Of a stretch of DNA of 64,000 nt, positions 1-9,973 are shown in pieces. The translations under genes were made by a program, and so were the position numbers. Numbering within the stretch: position 1 is the stretch's first letter; each line of letters begins with the position of its first letter. The notes beneath the pieces were generated by a model. The model worked only from the letters and a program-made list of their open reading frames with translations. It was not told the DNA's origin and did not search any database. This DNA comes from Planctomycetota bacterium. GTDB lineage: Bacteria; Planctomycetota; UBA1135; GCA-002686595. The stretch is from positions 11,467-75,466 of the forward strand of contig DASCNH010000069.1 of NCBI GenBank assembly GCA_036011365.1, written 5' to 3'.

Positions 1-1
1 C

Positions 2-1246
2 CTGGCCTACCTGCGCGCCCGGGACACGGGCCGCCACGCCCACGGCCTGGGCGCTGGGTTGCTCCTCGGCGCGGGCCTCTTGATCAAGTACACCTACGGT
101 TTGCTCGTCGTGGGGGCCGTGGGCCTGACCGGCCTGTGGGGCATCTGGAAGCAGAGCGACGCCACCGCGCGCCGGGTCGTGCCTTCCGTCGCCGCCGGCC
201 TGGCCGCCGTCCTGCTCTGGTGGTTTGTGCTGCCCCTGCCCTCCGGCTTCGCCCTGGGCACAGCGCACCGCGAGATCTTTGTCGCCTACCTGACAAAGGC
301 CACCATCCTCACGGGGCCCGGCCCCTACATCCCCTGGATCGCCTGGGCGCTCATGGGTTGCCTGTCCTTGATCGCCTTTGCGCCCCAGGCCCTGGGTGTC
401 GTCTGGGGCCTGCGCCGCTGGAACAGCTGCGCGGCCGCGCGCCTGTGTGTGTCCTTGGCCCTGGTCGGCCCCATCGCGATCATGGTGTATCCCTTCCGCA
501 TCGACCGCTTCATCCTGCCGACGCTTCCAGCTGCCTGGGCCTTGGGTGGAGCACTGCTGGCGGCGCTCTCCCTGCGCATCGACATGAAGTGGCGCGGCCG
601 CGCCCAGGCCGGACTGCTGGCGGCTATTCTGCTCTTCGCCTGGGGTGGAGGAATCCTGGCCAGCGATGAAGCGGCCGGAAGCGACGGCGACGGGGCTGCC
701 CATCCGGCCATCGGCGACGTAACCGCCATTCGTCTGCTGCTTCCCGGTGCGTGGAGCCCGGAACGGGAGGCCGCGGTTGCAGCCGGCGCCGCCACCTGGA
801 CCGACCCCTACGCCTACCGCCCAACTCCGGCCACTGGCCCGCCAGGCACCGCCGCCGTGCTCGACTTCGCCGCAGCGCATTTCGACGCCAACGCGCCCTT
901 TGCCTGGATCGGCGGCACGGGCACGGAGCTACCCTTGGCCCTGATCCAATGGCGTCTGTTTCAGGAAAGCGGCGCGCCCGAGGCGATCTTCCGCGAGCTT
1001 GCGGATATCGATCACCTGATGCTCGATGCCGAGCTAGAAGCCTTCGACGAAACGGCATTCCGCAACTGGGCCGCGGGCTTCAGCCAGGTCGGCGTCCTCG
1101 ATCCGCCCGACCCCAAGGGCCGCCCGCGCCCCTTCGAAGTGCGCTTCGCCGCCTGGATGAAAGATCACCCGGGCTTCAGCGTGCGCGCCAGTGAAACGGT
1201 GGCCGTGGGCGGCCGCCCGTTTGTTGTGACGGTGTACGAGAAGTAG
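2..1246 (+). CDS. polytopic membrane protein, 5'-truncated by the window edge (GT-C/ArnT-like fold suspected) with a soluble C-terminal domain
   Basis: The frame is open from nt 2 to the stop at 1244-1246. The track ORF begins at an internal TTG at 59, so the true start lies upstream of the window. There is a series of hydrophobic helices (LLIKYTYGLLVVGAVGL, VLLWWFVLPLP, LALVGPIAIMVYPF, LLAAILLFAWGGGIL) followed by a ~190-aa soluble tail. The family call is by eye only. Confidence 0.6.
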   Translation: MAYLRARDTGRHAHGLGAGLLLGAGLLIKYTYGLLVVGAVGLTGLWGIWKQSDATARRVVPSVAAGLAAVLLWWFVLPLPSGFALGTAHREIFVAYLTKATILTGPGPYIPWIAWALMGCLSLIAFAPQALGVVWGLRRWNSCAAARLCVSLALVGPIAIMVYPFRIDRFILPTLPAAWALGGALLAALSLRIDMKWRGRAQAGLLAAILLFAWGGGILASDEAAGSDGDGAAHPAIGDVTAIRLLLPGAWSPEREAAVAAGAATWTDPYAYRPTPATGPPGTAAVLDFAAAHFDANAPFAWIGGTGTELPLALIQWRLFQESGAPEAIFRELADIDHLMLDAELEAFDETAFRNWAAGFSQVGVLDPPDPKGRPRPFEVRFAAWMKDHPGFSVRASETVAVGGRPFVVTVYEK

Positions 1247-1510
1247 GCTCGTGGGGGCTGCCCGAGGAGCGTGCCCGGCGTTGCCCGCCAGCTCTTCCCG
1301 CTGATCCGGCGAGTCCCCCGTCACGACCAAGTGCCTGACCAGTGGGCCGTTGCGCACTTCGGACAGGTCTTTGATCCGTTGATCGTGGCCCTTGGTCAAG
1401 CTCGGTTCACTTTCAGCCTCTCTTTCCCTCAATGCTGCCACGTGCCTGTCAATCACAGGCCTCCTTGTCCTGTTCGGTCTTCTCGCCCCTTATGTGCCCA
1501 CGGAGAGAGC

Positions 1511-1996
1511 CTAGGCAAACGCCGCGTGGCCGCGCTGGCGGCGCAAGAGGCCGATCTGGCCCAGGTGGTAGGTGTCGTGCATGTAGAAGAAGCGCGCCAT
1601 ACCTGCTAGATCGGTCGAGCCGTCGGGCAGGGGTTCGTCGAGCTTCTTGGCGAGGGTTGTGGAGGAAACCGTGGCGAGGGAGGCGGCCAGGATTTCGCCG
1701 GCCTCGTTGAACTTCACCGTCAGGTCTTCGATTGACGGATAGGTTTTTGGGTCGGCCGGTGTCACGCCGATGTCGAAGGCGTCCTCCCAGGGCTCGGCGG
1801 TTTCCAAGAGGCCCAGACGGCGGGCCAGATAACGCCGGGCGGCGGCCAGGTGGCCGAGGATCCAATGGGCCGTGTTGCCGCCCGCCCCGGCCGTGTGCAG
1901 CCAGTCGGTCTCTTCGAAACCGTCTGAGACGGTGGCCAGCAGTTGATTGTTGAACTTGTAGAGATCGGCGAAGAGTTGGAGGGGGTGGGCGGTCAT
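1511..1996 (-). CDS. DinB-family (DinB_2-like) four-helix-bundle metalloprotein
   Basis: 161-aa ORF with His residues spaced as in DinB-family proteins (NTAHWILGHLAAARRY ... FFYMHDTYHLGQIGLLRR). Confidence 0.8.
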   Translation of the reverse strand: MTAHPLQLFADLYKFNNQLLATVSDGFEETDWLHTAGAGGNTAHWILGHLAAARRYLARRLGLLETAEPWEDAFDIGVTPADPKTYPSIEDLTVKFNEAGEILAASLATVSSTTLAKKLDEPLPDGSTDLAGMARFFYMHDTYHLGQIGLLRRQRGHAAFA

Positions 1997-2033
1997 TTCC
2001 GTGGGTCCTTGTGGGTGGGGTTCCTACTGAGCG

Positions 2034-3833
2034 TCAGCGGGCAAGGGTCTGAACCTGGCGGGCGAGATCGGCGGCACGCGGATCATTAGGCATGAGGCGC
2101 AGGAGGTGTTCGACGCTGGCGCGCGCAGCGGCCCGGCGACCCTCGCCCAGGAGCAGGTTGGCGTGATCCCTGAAGAGCGGCAGGACGAGCTCCGGTGCTT
2201 GGCCACCCGCCAGCCGAGTGGCGGCATCGAAGGCAGCCAGGGCTTCCCGGGTGCGCCCGGCGGCCAGGAGGGCCAGGGCCAGTTCGCGGTTGGCGTGGAA
2301 GTGACGCGGGTGGGCGGCCACGGCTGCGGCGAACTCGGTGGCTGCTTCGTCGTGGCGGTCGGCGGCGGCGGCCACCTGGCCTAGCTGCCAGTGACCGCTG
2401 GCCTCCGAGGGGATGAACTCCGGGGGAATGCGGGCGGTGATGCTTGCGATGTATGCCACCAGGGCCAGGGCCGGCAGCAGCTTGCTCCAGCGGCCTGCGC
2501 GCAGGCTGTCGAAGGACCACACCAGGCCATGGGCTGCGAGGATCATGAGCGGTGGCAGGATCGGCACGCGGAAGCGCGAACAGACGAAGAAGATCACCAC
2601 GGTCAGCGTGTAGATCGGGATGAAGCCCCAGAGCGGGAAGAGGTGTTCGCGGCGACGCAGGCAAAGGACCAGCCCGAGCAGGCCAAGGGGAGCTATGGCC
2701 GTGAAGTCGAGGGGAATGTGGCGGGAGGGACCGCCGAAACGGTCGTGAAAGAAGCGCACCTCCTGGTTGTTGCCGAGCTCCCAGTCGGTCCAGAAGAGCT
2801 TGAGCTTCCAGAGCAGGTGACGGGCTGCGGCGGCGGGCTGCGCGGTGATGTGTTCGAGGGCGCGGCGCGTGTAGTGCGCGGAGACTTCGGAGGGGCGCAG
2901 CTCGCCGCCCGCGGCCTCCTCCGCCAGACGGATTGAATCGTGGTAGCCGCCCCACCAGTCGGGACGCGTGCCCGGGACAATGGCGGTGCTGCCGTCCGAG
3001 TCCGGGTTGTTGCCGATCCAGAAGTTGACGCCGGCCTGGGAGGAGATCAGGACCGTGTCCCCACGGTTGGCGTTGAAAGCCGTCAGCGGCAGGATGGGGA
3101 TGAGGGTACCCAGGGCGAGCAGGGCGACGGCGCCGAGGGGGCGCGTTTCCTTCCGGCCGGGGTCGTCCGGCTGGCTGGGCCGCTTCCGCCCGCGCCAGTA
3201 GAGCCAGGCGGCGACAAAGGGCATGAACAGAAGGACGTTGGGGCGTGCGCTGGCGGACAGGCCCCAGAGGAGGCCGGCGGCGAGCAGGCGGCGGGGCGTG
3301 GTCTTATCCCCCAGGCGCAGGGTCAGCAGGATTGCCGCCAGGTCCAGGGGCACTATCAGGGTCGGCAGCAGGAGCTCTCCGTCGAAGTAGATCAGCACCC
3401 AATACACGGCGGCGCCGAGCCCCGCGATGAGGGCCTCGCGGCGGCCGAAGGCGCGGCGGGCGACGGCGTAGGTGAGCAGCGCCGTGACGCCACCCACGAG
3501 GCTCTGGATGATGCGCGGCAGGAGCAGGCCGTCGCCAAAGAGGCGGAACAGTCCGCCCAGGAACCAAGGGTAGAGGGGGGCGCGGAAGAAGGGCCCGGGC
3601 AGGAACTCCTCGCCCGCGGCCACGGCGCGAGCCCACTCCACATGGAAGAGGGCGTCCATGGTCGGCGCATGGAAGAAGGGGCTGGCCTCCATGGCCAGGG
3701 CGTTGGTGACCCGCAAGCCCACGGCCAGGACGAAGAGGGCCGCCACGATCCAGGGTTCCCGGCGATGCCGGCTGGGAAGGCTGGAACTCGTCCGGGATGA
3801 CGTCGGTGTGCTGCTGCTCTGCGCCCTGTTCAT
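2034..3833 (-). CDS. GT-C (family 39, ArnT/PMT_2-like) membrane glycosyltransferase with C-terminal TPR repeats
   Basis: 599-aa ORF with ATG at 3833. About 480 aa contain at least 9 hydrophobic helices. The C-terminal ~110 aa are TPR-like (AATEFAAAVAAHPRHFHANRELALALLAAGRTREALAAFDAATRL...). Confidence 0.75.
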   Translation of the reverse strand: MNRAQSSSTPTSSRTSSSLPSRHRREPWIVAALFVLAVGLRVTNALAMEASPFFHAPTMDALFHVEWARAVAAGEEFLPGPFFRAPLYPWFLGGLFRLFGDGLLLPRIIQSLVGGVTALLTYAVARRAFGRREALIAGLGAAVYWVLIYFDGELLLPTLIVPLDLAAILLTLRLGDKTTPRRLLAAGLLWGLSASARPNVLLFMPFVAAWLYWRGRKRPSQPDDPGRKETRPLGAVALLALGTLIPILPLTAFNANRGDTVLISSQAGVNFWIGNNPDSDGSTAIVPGTRPDWWGGYHDSIRLAEEAAGGELRPSEVSAHYTRRALEHITAQPAAAARHLLWKLKLFWTDWELGNNQEVRFFHDRFGGPSRHIPLDFTAIAPLGLLGLVLCLRRREHLFPLWGFIPIYTLTVVIFFVCSRFRVPILPPLMILAAHGLVWSFDSLRAGRWSKLLPALALVAYIASITARIPPEFIPSEASGHWQLGQVAAAADRHDEAATEFAAAVAAHPRHFHANRELALALLAAGRTREALAAFDAATRLAGGQAPELVLPLFRDHANLLLGEGRRAAARASVEHLLRLMPNDPRAADLARQVQTLAR

Positions 3834-4134
3834 GGCTGGAATACGCTGCTCTACGGAGAGCCGTCGGTGGCGTGAGGTGGGAGGCTAACAGGATCGGCGG
3901 CCCGTCCCAGGGGGCCGCTCCCCAATCTCATCGATCCGCGGTGCCGCAGGCCGGGATGCCGCCAAAGGTCGGGGGCCCGTCGCCTGATTGCTGGACCGGG
4001 GCCGGCGGGCGGCAGACTCCTGGCCGGCCCCGCGCGGGTATTCACACGCGGGCAAACCCTACCCGGCAGTCCCCAACTGGCGTCGCGGGCGGTTATCATC
4101 AGGTTCCGCGATGCCTTCCAACTAGGAGTATCCC

Positions 4135-6471
4135 ATGCAGACTATCACCAAGCCGACTCTCGAAGCGCTCCGTCCCCACTTCCCCCACTGGCAGAAGACC
4201 GGGGATCTGGTTGATCAGCTCATGGACCTGACGCTGAACCTGCGCCAGAGTGGACACCCGGGCGGGTCGCGCTCCAAGGTGCCCGCTCTGGTGGCCATGA
4301 CTCTCGGGGCGGGCATGCGCTGGGATGTGCGCCGGCCAGAGCTGGCCTTCGGCGATCGTTTTGTGTTGATTGCCGGCCACGCCAACCCGGCGGTCTACGC
4401 CCTGCTGGCCGTCTACAACGAGGCTCTGCGCCTGCGTTACGAGGCGACAGGTGACGCGCGGTACCTGGTGCCGAATGCGGAAGAGCGCCAGCTCGTCTGG
4501 CAGGACCTTCTGACCTTGCGGCACAACGGCGGCCTGCCCGGCCACGCGGAGATGGAGGGCAAGACGCTCTTCTTCAAGTTCAACACAGGCCCGTCGGGCC
4601 ACGGCGGTCCGGCGGCGCTGGGCGAAGCAATGGCGCTCAAGCACGCCGGCGCCGGCGACAGTCAGGTCTTCGCCATGGAGGGCGAGGGCGGCCACTCGGC
4701 GGGCTGCCACCACGAGGTCAAGAACTCCGCCTGGGGTTTGGGCCTCGACAACCTGGTCTACCTGATGGACTGGAACGACCACGGCATTGACTCCTTCGCC
4801 AACAGCGAGGTGGCTGCCGGTGGGCCCGAAGAGTGGTTCGCTCCCTACGGCTGGCGCTGTGCCGGGGCCGAGGATGGCGAGGACTACGAACAGCTGGCCG
4901 GTGCCATGCTCGAGATCGCCCACGCGCCTGACAAGGGCGGCCGGCCCGGCATGGTCTGGTTCAAGACGCGCAAGGGTCGCGGCTACGGGATCTTCGATGC
5001 CGCCTCCCACGGCAAGTCCCACGGGCGCAACTCGGAAGGTTTCTGGGTCAGCCGCAATGAGTTTGCGGAAAAGTACGGCGTGTCCTTCGAAGACCAAGGC
5101 GACACAAACGATCCCGGTGAGGACGCCTGCCGCGAACAGACGGCCTCCTGGATGGAGACCGTGTTGTCGGTCCTGCGCGACGACCCGGAGTACGCCGCCT
5201 ACCTGGCGGACACGCTGGTGGAGCTGGGCGAGTCCGTGCCCGGTGGATCGGCGCGGCTGGGGCGCGAGGGCGGCAGCAACCTCGCGGCTGACAAGGGCTG
5301 GCTGGCCGCGAAAAACTTGCCCGCTGAGCTCTTTGTGCCACCGGGCACCAAGGTCGCCAACAAGGACGGTTTCTCGAAGTTCGGGGCCTGGGTAAACGCC
5401 CAGGCCAAGCAGGCAATGGGGCGCCCCCTGGTGCTGGCCTGTTCCGCGGACCTGGCGGACTCCACCTCCATCAGCGGTTTTGCCAAGGACTGGCAGGATT
5501 CCACGGGCTTCGGCTGGTACGAGCGCGACAAGAACACCACCGGCAGCCTGCTGCCCCAGCAGATCACCGAGTTCGCCAACGCCGGCCTGTGCGTCGGCTC
5601 GGCAACGGTCAACATGTCCGCGCAGCCGGAAGAGGAATTCCTCGGCTACTGGAGCGCCTGCTCCACCTACGGCTCCTTCTCCTACCTGAAGTACGGGATG
5701 ATGCGGCTCTTCAGCCAACTCTCCCAGGACTGCCCCCTCAAGGTGGGCAAGGTGATCTGGGTCGCCGGCCACTCCGGCCCGGAAACTGCCGAGGACAGCC
5801 GCACGCACTTCGGCATCTTCGCCCCGGCGGTGACGCAACTCTTCCCGGATGGCCACATCATCAACCTGCACCCCTTCGAGCACAACGAGGTGGCGCCCAT
5901 GTTGGCGGCGGCCCTGGCCACGGATGTACCGTTGATCGCCCTGCACCTGACGCGCCCGGGCGTGGTCATCCCCGACCGTACCGCTCTCGGCGTGCCTTCG
6001 CACATGGAAGCGGCCCGCGGCGCCTACGTGATCCGCGCTCACGATCCGCGCCAGCCACAGGAGGGCACGCTGCTTGTCCAGGGCACGGCCTCTACAGAGT
6101 CCGTCTACGAACTCCTGCCCTGGCTTGAGTCCGGCGATGGGCCCAATGTGAAAGTCGTCGCCGCCCTCTCCTGGCAGCTCTTCGAACTCCAGGACAAGGA
6201 CTACCGCAACGCTGTGCTGCCGCGGGCCGACTGGCTCGACTCCACAGTCATCTCAAATGGTGCCCGCCGCGCCATGCACGACTGGCTGCCCCACAAGGTG
6301 GCCGAGGACTACGCCATGTGTTCGGACTGGGACAACCGCTGGCGCACCGGCGGCAGCACGGAAGAGGTGAAGGTCGAGGCCCAGATCGACGCGGCAAGCC
6401 TGAAGGCAGGCATCGCGCGCTTCGCGGCGGACCGCAATTACCGCCTCTCACGCGTGGTACACCCGGGTTAG
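4135..6471 (+). CDS. transketolase-family ThDP enzyme (long 778-aa form)
   Basis: AGGAG lies 7 nt upstream of the ATG. Transketolase-type motifs are present: GHPGGSRS, FVLIAGHANPAVYALL, TGPSGHGGPAALGEAMAL, AMEGEGGHSAGCHHE..DNLVYLMDWNDHGID. Confidence 0.85.
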   Translation: MQTITKPTLEALRPHFPHWQKTGDLVDQLMDLTLNLRQSGHPGGSRSKVPALVAMTLGAGMRWDVRRPELAFGDRFVLIAGHANPAVYALLAVYNEALRLRYEATGDARYLVPNAEERQLVWQDLLTLRHNGGLPGHAEMEGKTLFFKFNTGPSGHGGPAALGEAMALKHAGAGDSQVFAMEGEGGHSAGCHHEVKNSAWGLGLDNLVYLMDWNDHGIDSFANSEVAAGGPEEWFAPYGWRCAGAEDGEDYEQLAGAMLEIAHAPDKGGRPGMVWFKTRKGRGYGIFDAASHGKSHGRNSEGFWVSRNEFAEKYGVSFEDQGDTNDPGEDACREQTASWMETVLSVLRDDPEYAAYLADTLVELGESVPGGSARLGREGGSNLAADKGWLAAKNLPAELFVPPGTKVANKDGFSKFGAWVNAQAKQAMGRPLVLACSADLADSTSISGFAKDWQDSTGFGWYERDKNTTGSLLPQQITEFANAGLCVGSATVNMSAQPEEEFLGYWSACSTYGSFSYLKYGMMRLFSQLSQDCPLKVGKVIWVAGHSGPETAEDSRTHFGIFAPAVTQLFPDGHIINLHPFEHNEVAPMLAAALATDVPLIALHLTRPGVVIPDRTALGVPSHMEAARGAYVIRAHDPRQPQEGTLLVQGTASTESVYELLPWLESGDGPNVKVVAALSWQLFELQDKDYRNAVLPRADWLDSTVISNGARRAMHDWLPHKVAEDYAMCSDWDNRWRTGGSTEEVKVEAQIDAASLKAGIARFAADRNYRLSRVVHPG

Positions 6472-6602
6472 CCCGCGCCCATTCTCCACCGTTTCACCTT
6501 GTTCCCTGGCCCAACCGGGGATGCGTGCCGGGGCTTTTCATGCCCCGGTTGGAACCGGCTCCGCCGGTGGCTACATTGCCTGTCCCACCACGGAGTTCAC
6601 CT

Positions 6603-7781
6603 ATGAAAACACCCACCTTGATCCGTTCACTGCTACTCCCCTGTCTCCTGCTCGCCGGCTGTCTGGGAACGCCCAGGGAACCGGAATACGGGCGCCCCTT
6701 GCCGCGCGGGGTCGAGGCCCTGGCGCCGGTGCCGGCCGGGGAGCTGCCCGGCTTCGGCCACGAATGGGCCATGCGTCACGAGCTGCTGCCGGCCCTGGAG
6801 CAATCCCTCGGTTGGATGCGTCGGCCCCACGCGCGCACCTTCTACCCCCAGGCGGGGATCGGCTATGAGCGTTCCCTGGCCAGCCTGGTGCGCATGCACG
6901 AGATTCTGACCACCGCCGTGGATCGGAACGAGTTCGAGGAGCGCGTGCGCGCGGAGTTCGATGTCTACCGCAGCGCAGGTTGGGACGGTCGCGGCGGCGG
7001 CGTGCTCTTCACGGCCTACTGCACGCCAATCCTCGACGGCAGCCCCGAGGAGACGGATGTGTATCGCTATCCCCTCTACGCCCTGCCGGAAGATCTGGTG
7101 AAGGGCCAGCGCGGCCGGATCCTCGGTCAACGCACCATCGATGGCACGACGAAACCCTATCCCACCAGGCGCGCCATCGAAGCCGGGTCCCTGCTCGCCA
7201 ATCAAGGCCTGGAACTCGTTTGGCTGCGGGATGCGGTCAGCGCCTACATCGCCCATGTCAATGGCTCGGCCTTTGTTGCCATGCCAGACGGATCCATGCT
7301 GCGTCTGGGCTACGCTGGCAAGAACGGGCGCGACTACACCTCTCTCGGAAGCGAGTTAGTCGCCGACGGCATGCTGCAGGAAGATCAGGTCAGCCTGGCG
7401 GCCATTCGCAGTTGGGCCACCGACAACCCCGTGCGCGCCCGGGACTACATGCAGCGCAACGAGTCCTTCGTCTTCTTCACCCCCATCGACGAAAACCCCC
7501 ACGGCAGCCTCGACGTGCCCGTCACCGGTGGCCGTAGCCTGGCCACGGACAAGAGCATCTTCCCGCGCGCTGCCCTGACGTTTGTGGATACGGTCTTCTC
7601 CGTGCCCGGGACGCGCGCCACGCGCCCGTTCCAGCAGTTCCTGTTGGACCAGGACACGGGCGGCGCCATCCGCACAGCCGGGCGCGCCGACATCTACCTG
7701 GGCATCGGCCCACGGGCGGAACAGCTGGCCGGGGCCACCAAGGCCCCGGGGCAGCTCTACTACCTGTTCGTGAAGGAATAG
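6603..7781 (+). CDS. mltA: membrane-bound lytic murein transglycosylase A (lipoprotein)
   Basis: The start was moved to ATG 6603 (M96 of track ORF 6318..7781), which gives the lipoprotein signal MKTPTLIRSLLLPCLLLAGC. The C-terminal 3D-domain motif DTGGAIRTAGRADIYLGIG is typical of MltA. Confidence 0.85.
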   Translation: MKTPTLIRSLLLPCLLLAGCLGTPREPEYGRPLPRGVEALAPVPAGELPGFGHEWAMRHELLPALEQSLGWMRRPHARTFYPQAGIGYERSLASLVRMHEILTTAVDRNEFEERVRAEFDVYRSAGWDGRGGGVLFTAYCTPILDGSPEETDVYRYPLYALPEDLVKGQRGRILGQRTIDGTTKPYPTRRAIEAGSLLANQGLELVWLRDAVSAYIAHVNGSAFVAMPDGSMLRLGYAGKNGRDYTSLGSELVADGMLQEDQVSLAAIRSWATDNPVRARDYMQRNESFVFFTPIDENPHGSLDVPVTGGRSLATDKSIFPRAALTFVDTVFSVPGTRATRPFQQFLLDQDTGGAIRTAGRADIYLGIGPRAEQLAGATKAPGQLYYLFVKE

Positions 7782-7783
7782 GA

Positions 7784-7807
7784 GCGCGGGGCGACTCCGC
7801 CCCGCGC
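7784..7807. terminator. perfect 10-bp GC hairpin between convergent mltA and the aconitase-family gene
   Basis: GCGCGGGGCG-ACTC-CGCCCCGCGC starts 3 nt after the mltA stop. A second imperfect hairpin (GCGGTCC...GGACCGC) and a TTTT run follow. There is no classical U-tract directly after the first stem. Confidence 0.45.
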
Positions 7808-7895
7808 CTGCGGTCCACAGGCGCGGTTTTGCGGACCGCCCGCCAGGGTGGTTCCCGGTCGTGCCTGATGGCGCAATCCAGGCGACGCTAATGTC

Positions 7896-9899
7896 CTACA
7901 GGACGGCTCGCACCTGGGCTTCGAGGCCGCCGGCGATGATGAGGTCCTGGGCCGCGGCACCGACGGGGCCGATGGCGTACTCGGCGGAGTCGAAACGTAT
8001 GCGCGAGGCGGCGAAGTCCACGGTGACCTCGCCCTCCAGGCGCAGGCTGGGCGGGTTGGAGCCCGAGTGCTCGGCGCGCAGGGCCTCCACCAGTTGCGGG
8101 CATTCGATGCACAGGTAGCCGTTGTTGAAGGCGTTGCGCTTGTAGGTTTCGCTGAAGGAGCCGGCGATGACCAGCGGGATGCCGAAGTACTTGAGACAGG
8201 TGGCCGCCTGCTCGCGGGATGAGCCACAGCCGAAGTTGAAGCCGGCCACAATCAGATCGCCGGTACGGGCTGTTTGCTGGAACGCCGGGTCGTAGTTGGC
8301 GAAGGCATGGCCGGCCATCTCCTCGGGGGAGAGGTTGTCCTGGTAGGTCACGTCCTTGCCGTAGATGCCGTCCGTGTTGAGGTTGTCCTCATCGAGCAGC
8401 AGTAGGCCACCGGAGATCTCCGCCGGGAAGCCCTCGCGGATGGCCACGGCCTGGGCGGGAGCCTCCGGGGCGGTGTGGGTTTCCAGGGAAGCCGCTTGGG
8501 ACATTTCCTCCGCCGTCCCGCCCGCCTCCCGTGATGAGTGCGCCTGGTCCACCTCCCAGACCGAGCCCTTGATCTGTCCGGCTATGGCGCTGGCAGCCAC
8601 GGTGGCCGGACTGGCCAGGTAACAGCGGGCCGAGCGGTCGCCCATGCGGCCCTTGAAGTTGCGGTTGGTGGCGCTGATGGCCACCTCGTTCGGCCCCAGG
8701 AGCCCCGTGCCCAGGCCGATGCAGGGACCGCAGCCCGGCGGCAGGAAGCGTGCCCCGGCGGCTTCTAGCAGGGCCCAGTCACCGCGCTCGCGCACCTCGT
8801 GCTCGACCTCCGACGAGGCGGCGGCCACATACAGTTCCACGCCCTCCGCCACGCGCTTGCCCCGCAGGACGCCGGCCGCCGCGGAGAGGTCATCGGCGCG
8901 CCCGTTTACGCAGGAGAGCAGGTAGGCCTTCTGGATCGGCAGGGGGTTGGCCTCAAAGGCGGACACGGGCGCCACGGTTTTCAAGTGGTGAGGCCCGGAG
9001 ACGGCGGGGGTGACCCGGGAGAGGTCCAGGGTGATGGTCTGGGCGTAGTGGGCGCCTTCGTCCGCCGCCGGCGGCGCGGCCTTGATGGCATCCAGGCGCG
9101 CGCGGGTCAGGTCTCCGCGGTTGCCGTAGCCCACATCGCTGCGAGCCTCAAGTCGGGCCAGGCGCTCCTCCAGCCAGGCGATGGTGGTGTCGTCGCAGGG
9201 GAAGACGCCGGCCAGCGTGCCCCATTCGGTCGTCATGTTGGCGATGGAGAGGCGCTCGTCGATGGACAGGGAGGCCACACCGGGGCCGGTGAACTCCAGG
9301 GCCTGGTTCAGCACCTCATCTTGATTGAAGGTGCCGCATAGAAGCAGGATGGCGTCTTTCCCCGTCACGCCCCGGGGCAGGGCGCCTTCGAGGGTGACGC
9401 GCGTGGTGCGCGGGACCTGGTACCAGGCTGTGCCGGTGGCCCACAGGGCGGCGGCATCCGTGCGCACGACGGGCGTGCCCAGGGCCCCCAGGCCACCGTA
9501 AATATTCGAGTGGCTGTCCGAGGCCACAACCATGGTGCCCGGCAGGACAAAGCCCTCTTCGCACATGATCTGGTGGCCGATGCCGCGCCCGGCCGGGTGA
9601 AAGGCAACGCCCATCTCGCCGGCGAAGGCCTCGATGCGCGCGTACTTGTCCAGATTGGCTTCGCTGGTGTTTTGGACATCGTGGTCCAGGGCGAAGACCG
9701 GCTGGTGCGGGTCCGCCACGCGTTCGGCTCCGATGGACCTGAACTTCGGGATGACGGCCCCGGTGTTGTCGTGGGTCATCACATGGGCCGGGCGAACGGT
9801 GAGGAAATCGCCGCTCTGGACCACATGACCAGGGGCTAGGCCCTCCGCATGAGCCTGGGCAATCTTTTCAATCAGCGTTTGGGGCAGGGACTGGGGCAT
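7896..9899 (-). CDS. aconitase-family hydratase with fused large and small subunits (3-isopropylmalate dehydratase / homoaconitase type)
   Basis: 667-aa ORF with LeuC-type motifs VMTHDNTG, VASDSHSNIYGGLGALGTP, PGCGPCIGLG, SATNRNFKGRMG. A ~50-aa linker is followed by a LeuD-like swivel domain (GDLIVAGFNFGCGSSREQA). Confidence 0.85.
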   Translation of the reverse strand: MPQSLPQTLIEKIAQAHAEGLAPGHVVQSGDFLTVRPAHVMTHDNTGAVIPKFRSIGAERVADPHQPVFALDHDVQNTSEANLDKYARIEAFAGEMGVAFHPAGRGIGHQIMCEEGFVLPGTMVVASDSHSNIYGGLGALGTPVVRTDAAALWATGTAWYQVPRTTRVTLEGALPRGVTGKDAILLLCGTFNQDEVLNQALEFTGPGVASLSIDERLSIANMTTEWGTLAGVFPCDDTTIAWLEERLARLEARSDVGYGNRGDLTRARLDAIKAAPPAADEGAHYAQTITLDLSRVTPAVSGPHHLKTVAPVSAFEANPLPIQKAYLLSCVNGRADDLSAAAGVLRGKRVAEGVELYVAAASSEVEHEVRERGDWALLEAAGARFLPPGCGPCIGLGTGLLGPNEVAISATNRNFKGRMGDRSARCYLASPATVAASAIAGQIKGSVWEVDQAHSSREAGGTAEEMSQAASLETHTAPEAPAQAVAIREGFPAEISGGLLLLDEDNLNTDGIYGKDVTYQDNLSPEEMAGHAFANYDPAFQQTARTGDLIVAGFNFGCGSSREQAATCLKYFGIPLVIAGSFSETYKRNAFNNGYLCIECPQLVEALRAEHSGSNPPSLRLEGEVTVDFAASRIRFDSAEYAIGPVGAAAQDLIIAGGLEAQVRAVL

Positions 9900-9973
9900 G
9901 GTCGTTATCTTGGGGGGTGCACCGGCCGGGCGGACACTTCCGCCGGGCCCACAGGCCCCTATTCTAGCGACGC

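Noticed and set aside
1034-1456. An ORF 54 nt downstream of the DinB-family gene on the same strand. It is preceded by AAGGAGG and begins MIDRHVAALREREAESEPSLTKGHDQRIKDLSEVRNGPLVRH, in a locally lower-GC patch.
   Set aside because: The SD-to-GTG spacing is only ~3 nt and GC3 is intermediate (~71%). The ORF runs 213 nt antisense into the 3' end of the gene ending at 1246, where its translation becomes shadow-like. At best the first ~70 codons are real, which I cannot support without homology evidence.
4099-6042. Very long antisense ORFs listed in the track: 4099..6042 (647 aa), 11735..12919, 22240..23421, 27821..29443, 48508..50166, 55886..56776 and others.
   Set aside because: Each lies opposite a gene with clear family motifs and shares that gene's GC-rich third positions. 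Each translates to Arg/Gly/Ala/Pro-rich sequence without recognisable motifs. These are classic high-GC shadow ORFs.
6318-6602. The track start for mltA at 6318 (and similarly 39041 for lepB, 40213 for mgtE, 45458 for the Tat gene, 37441 for the ECF sigma, 60842 for the FGE gene, 33995 for the SGNH-like gene).
   Set aside because: The extensions are Arg/Pro/Gly-rich, overlap upstream genes or intergenic DNA, and hide obvious signal peptides or conserved N-termini that begin at internal ATG/GTG codons. The starts were moved accordingly.
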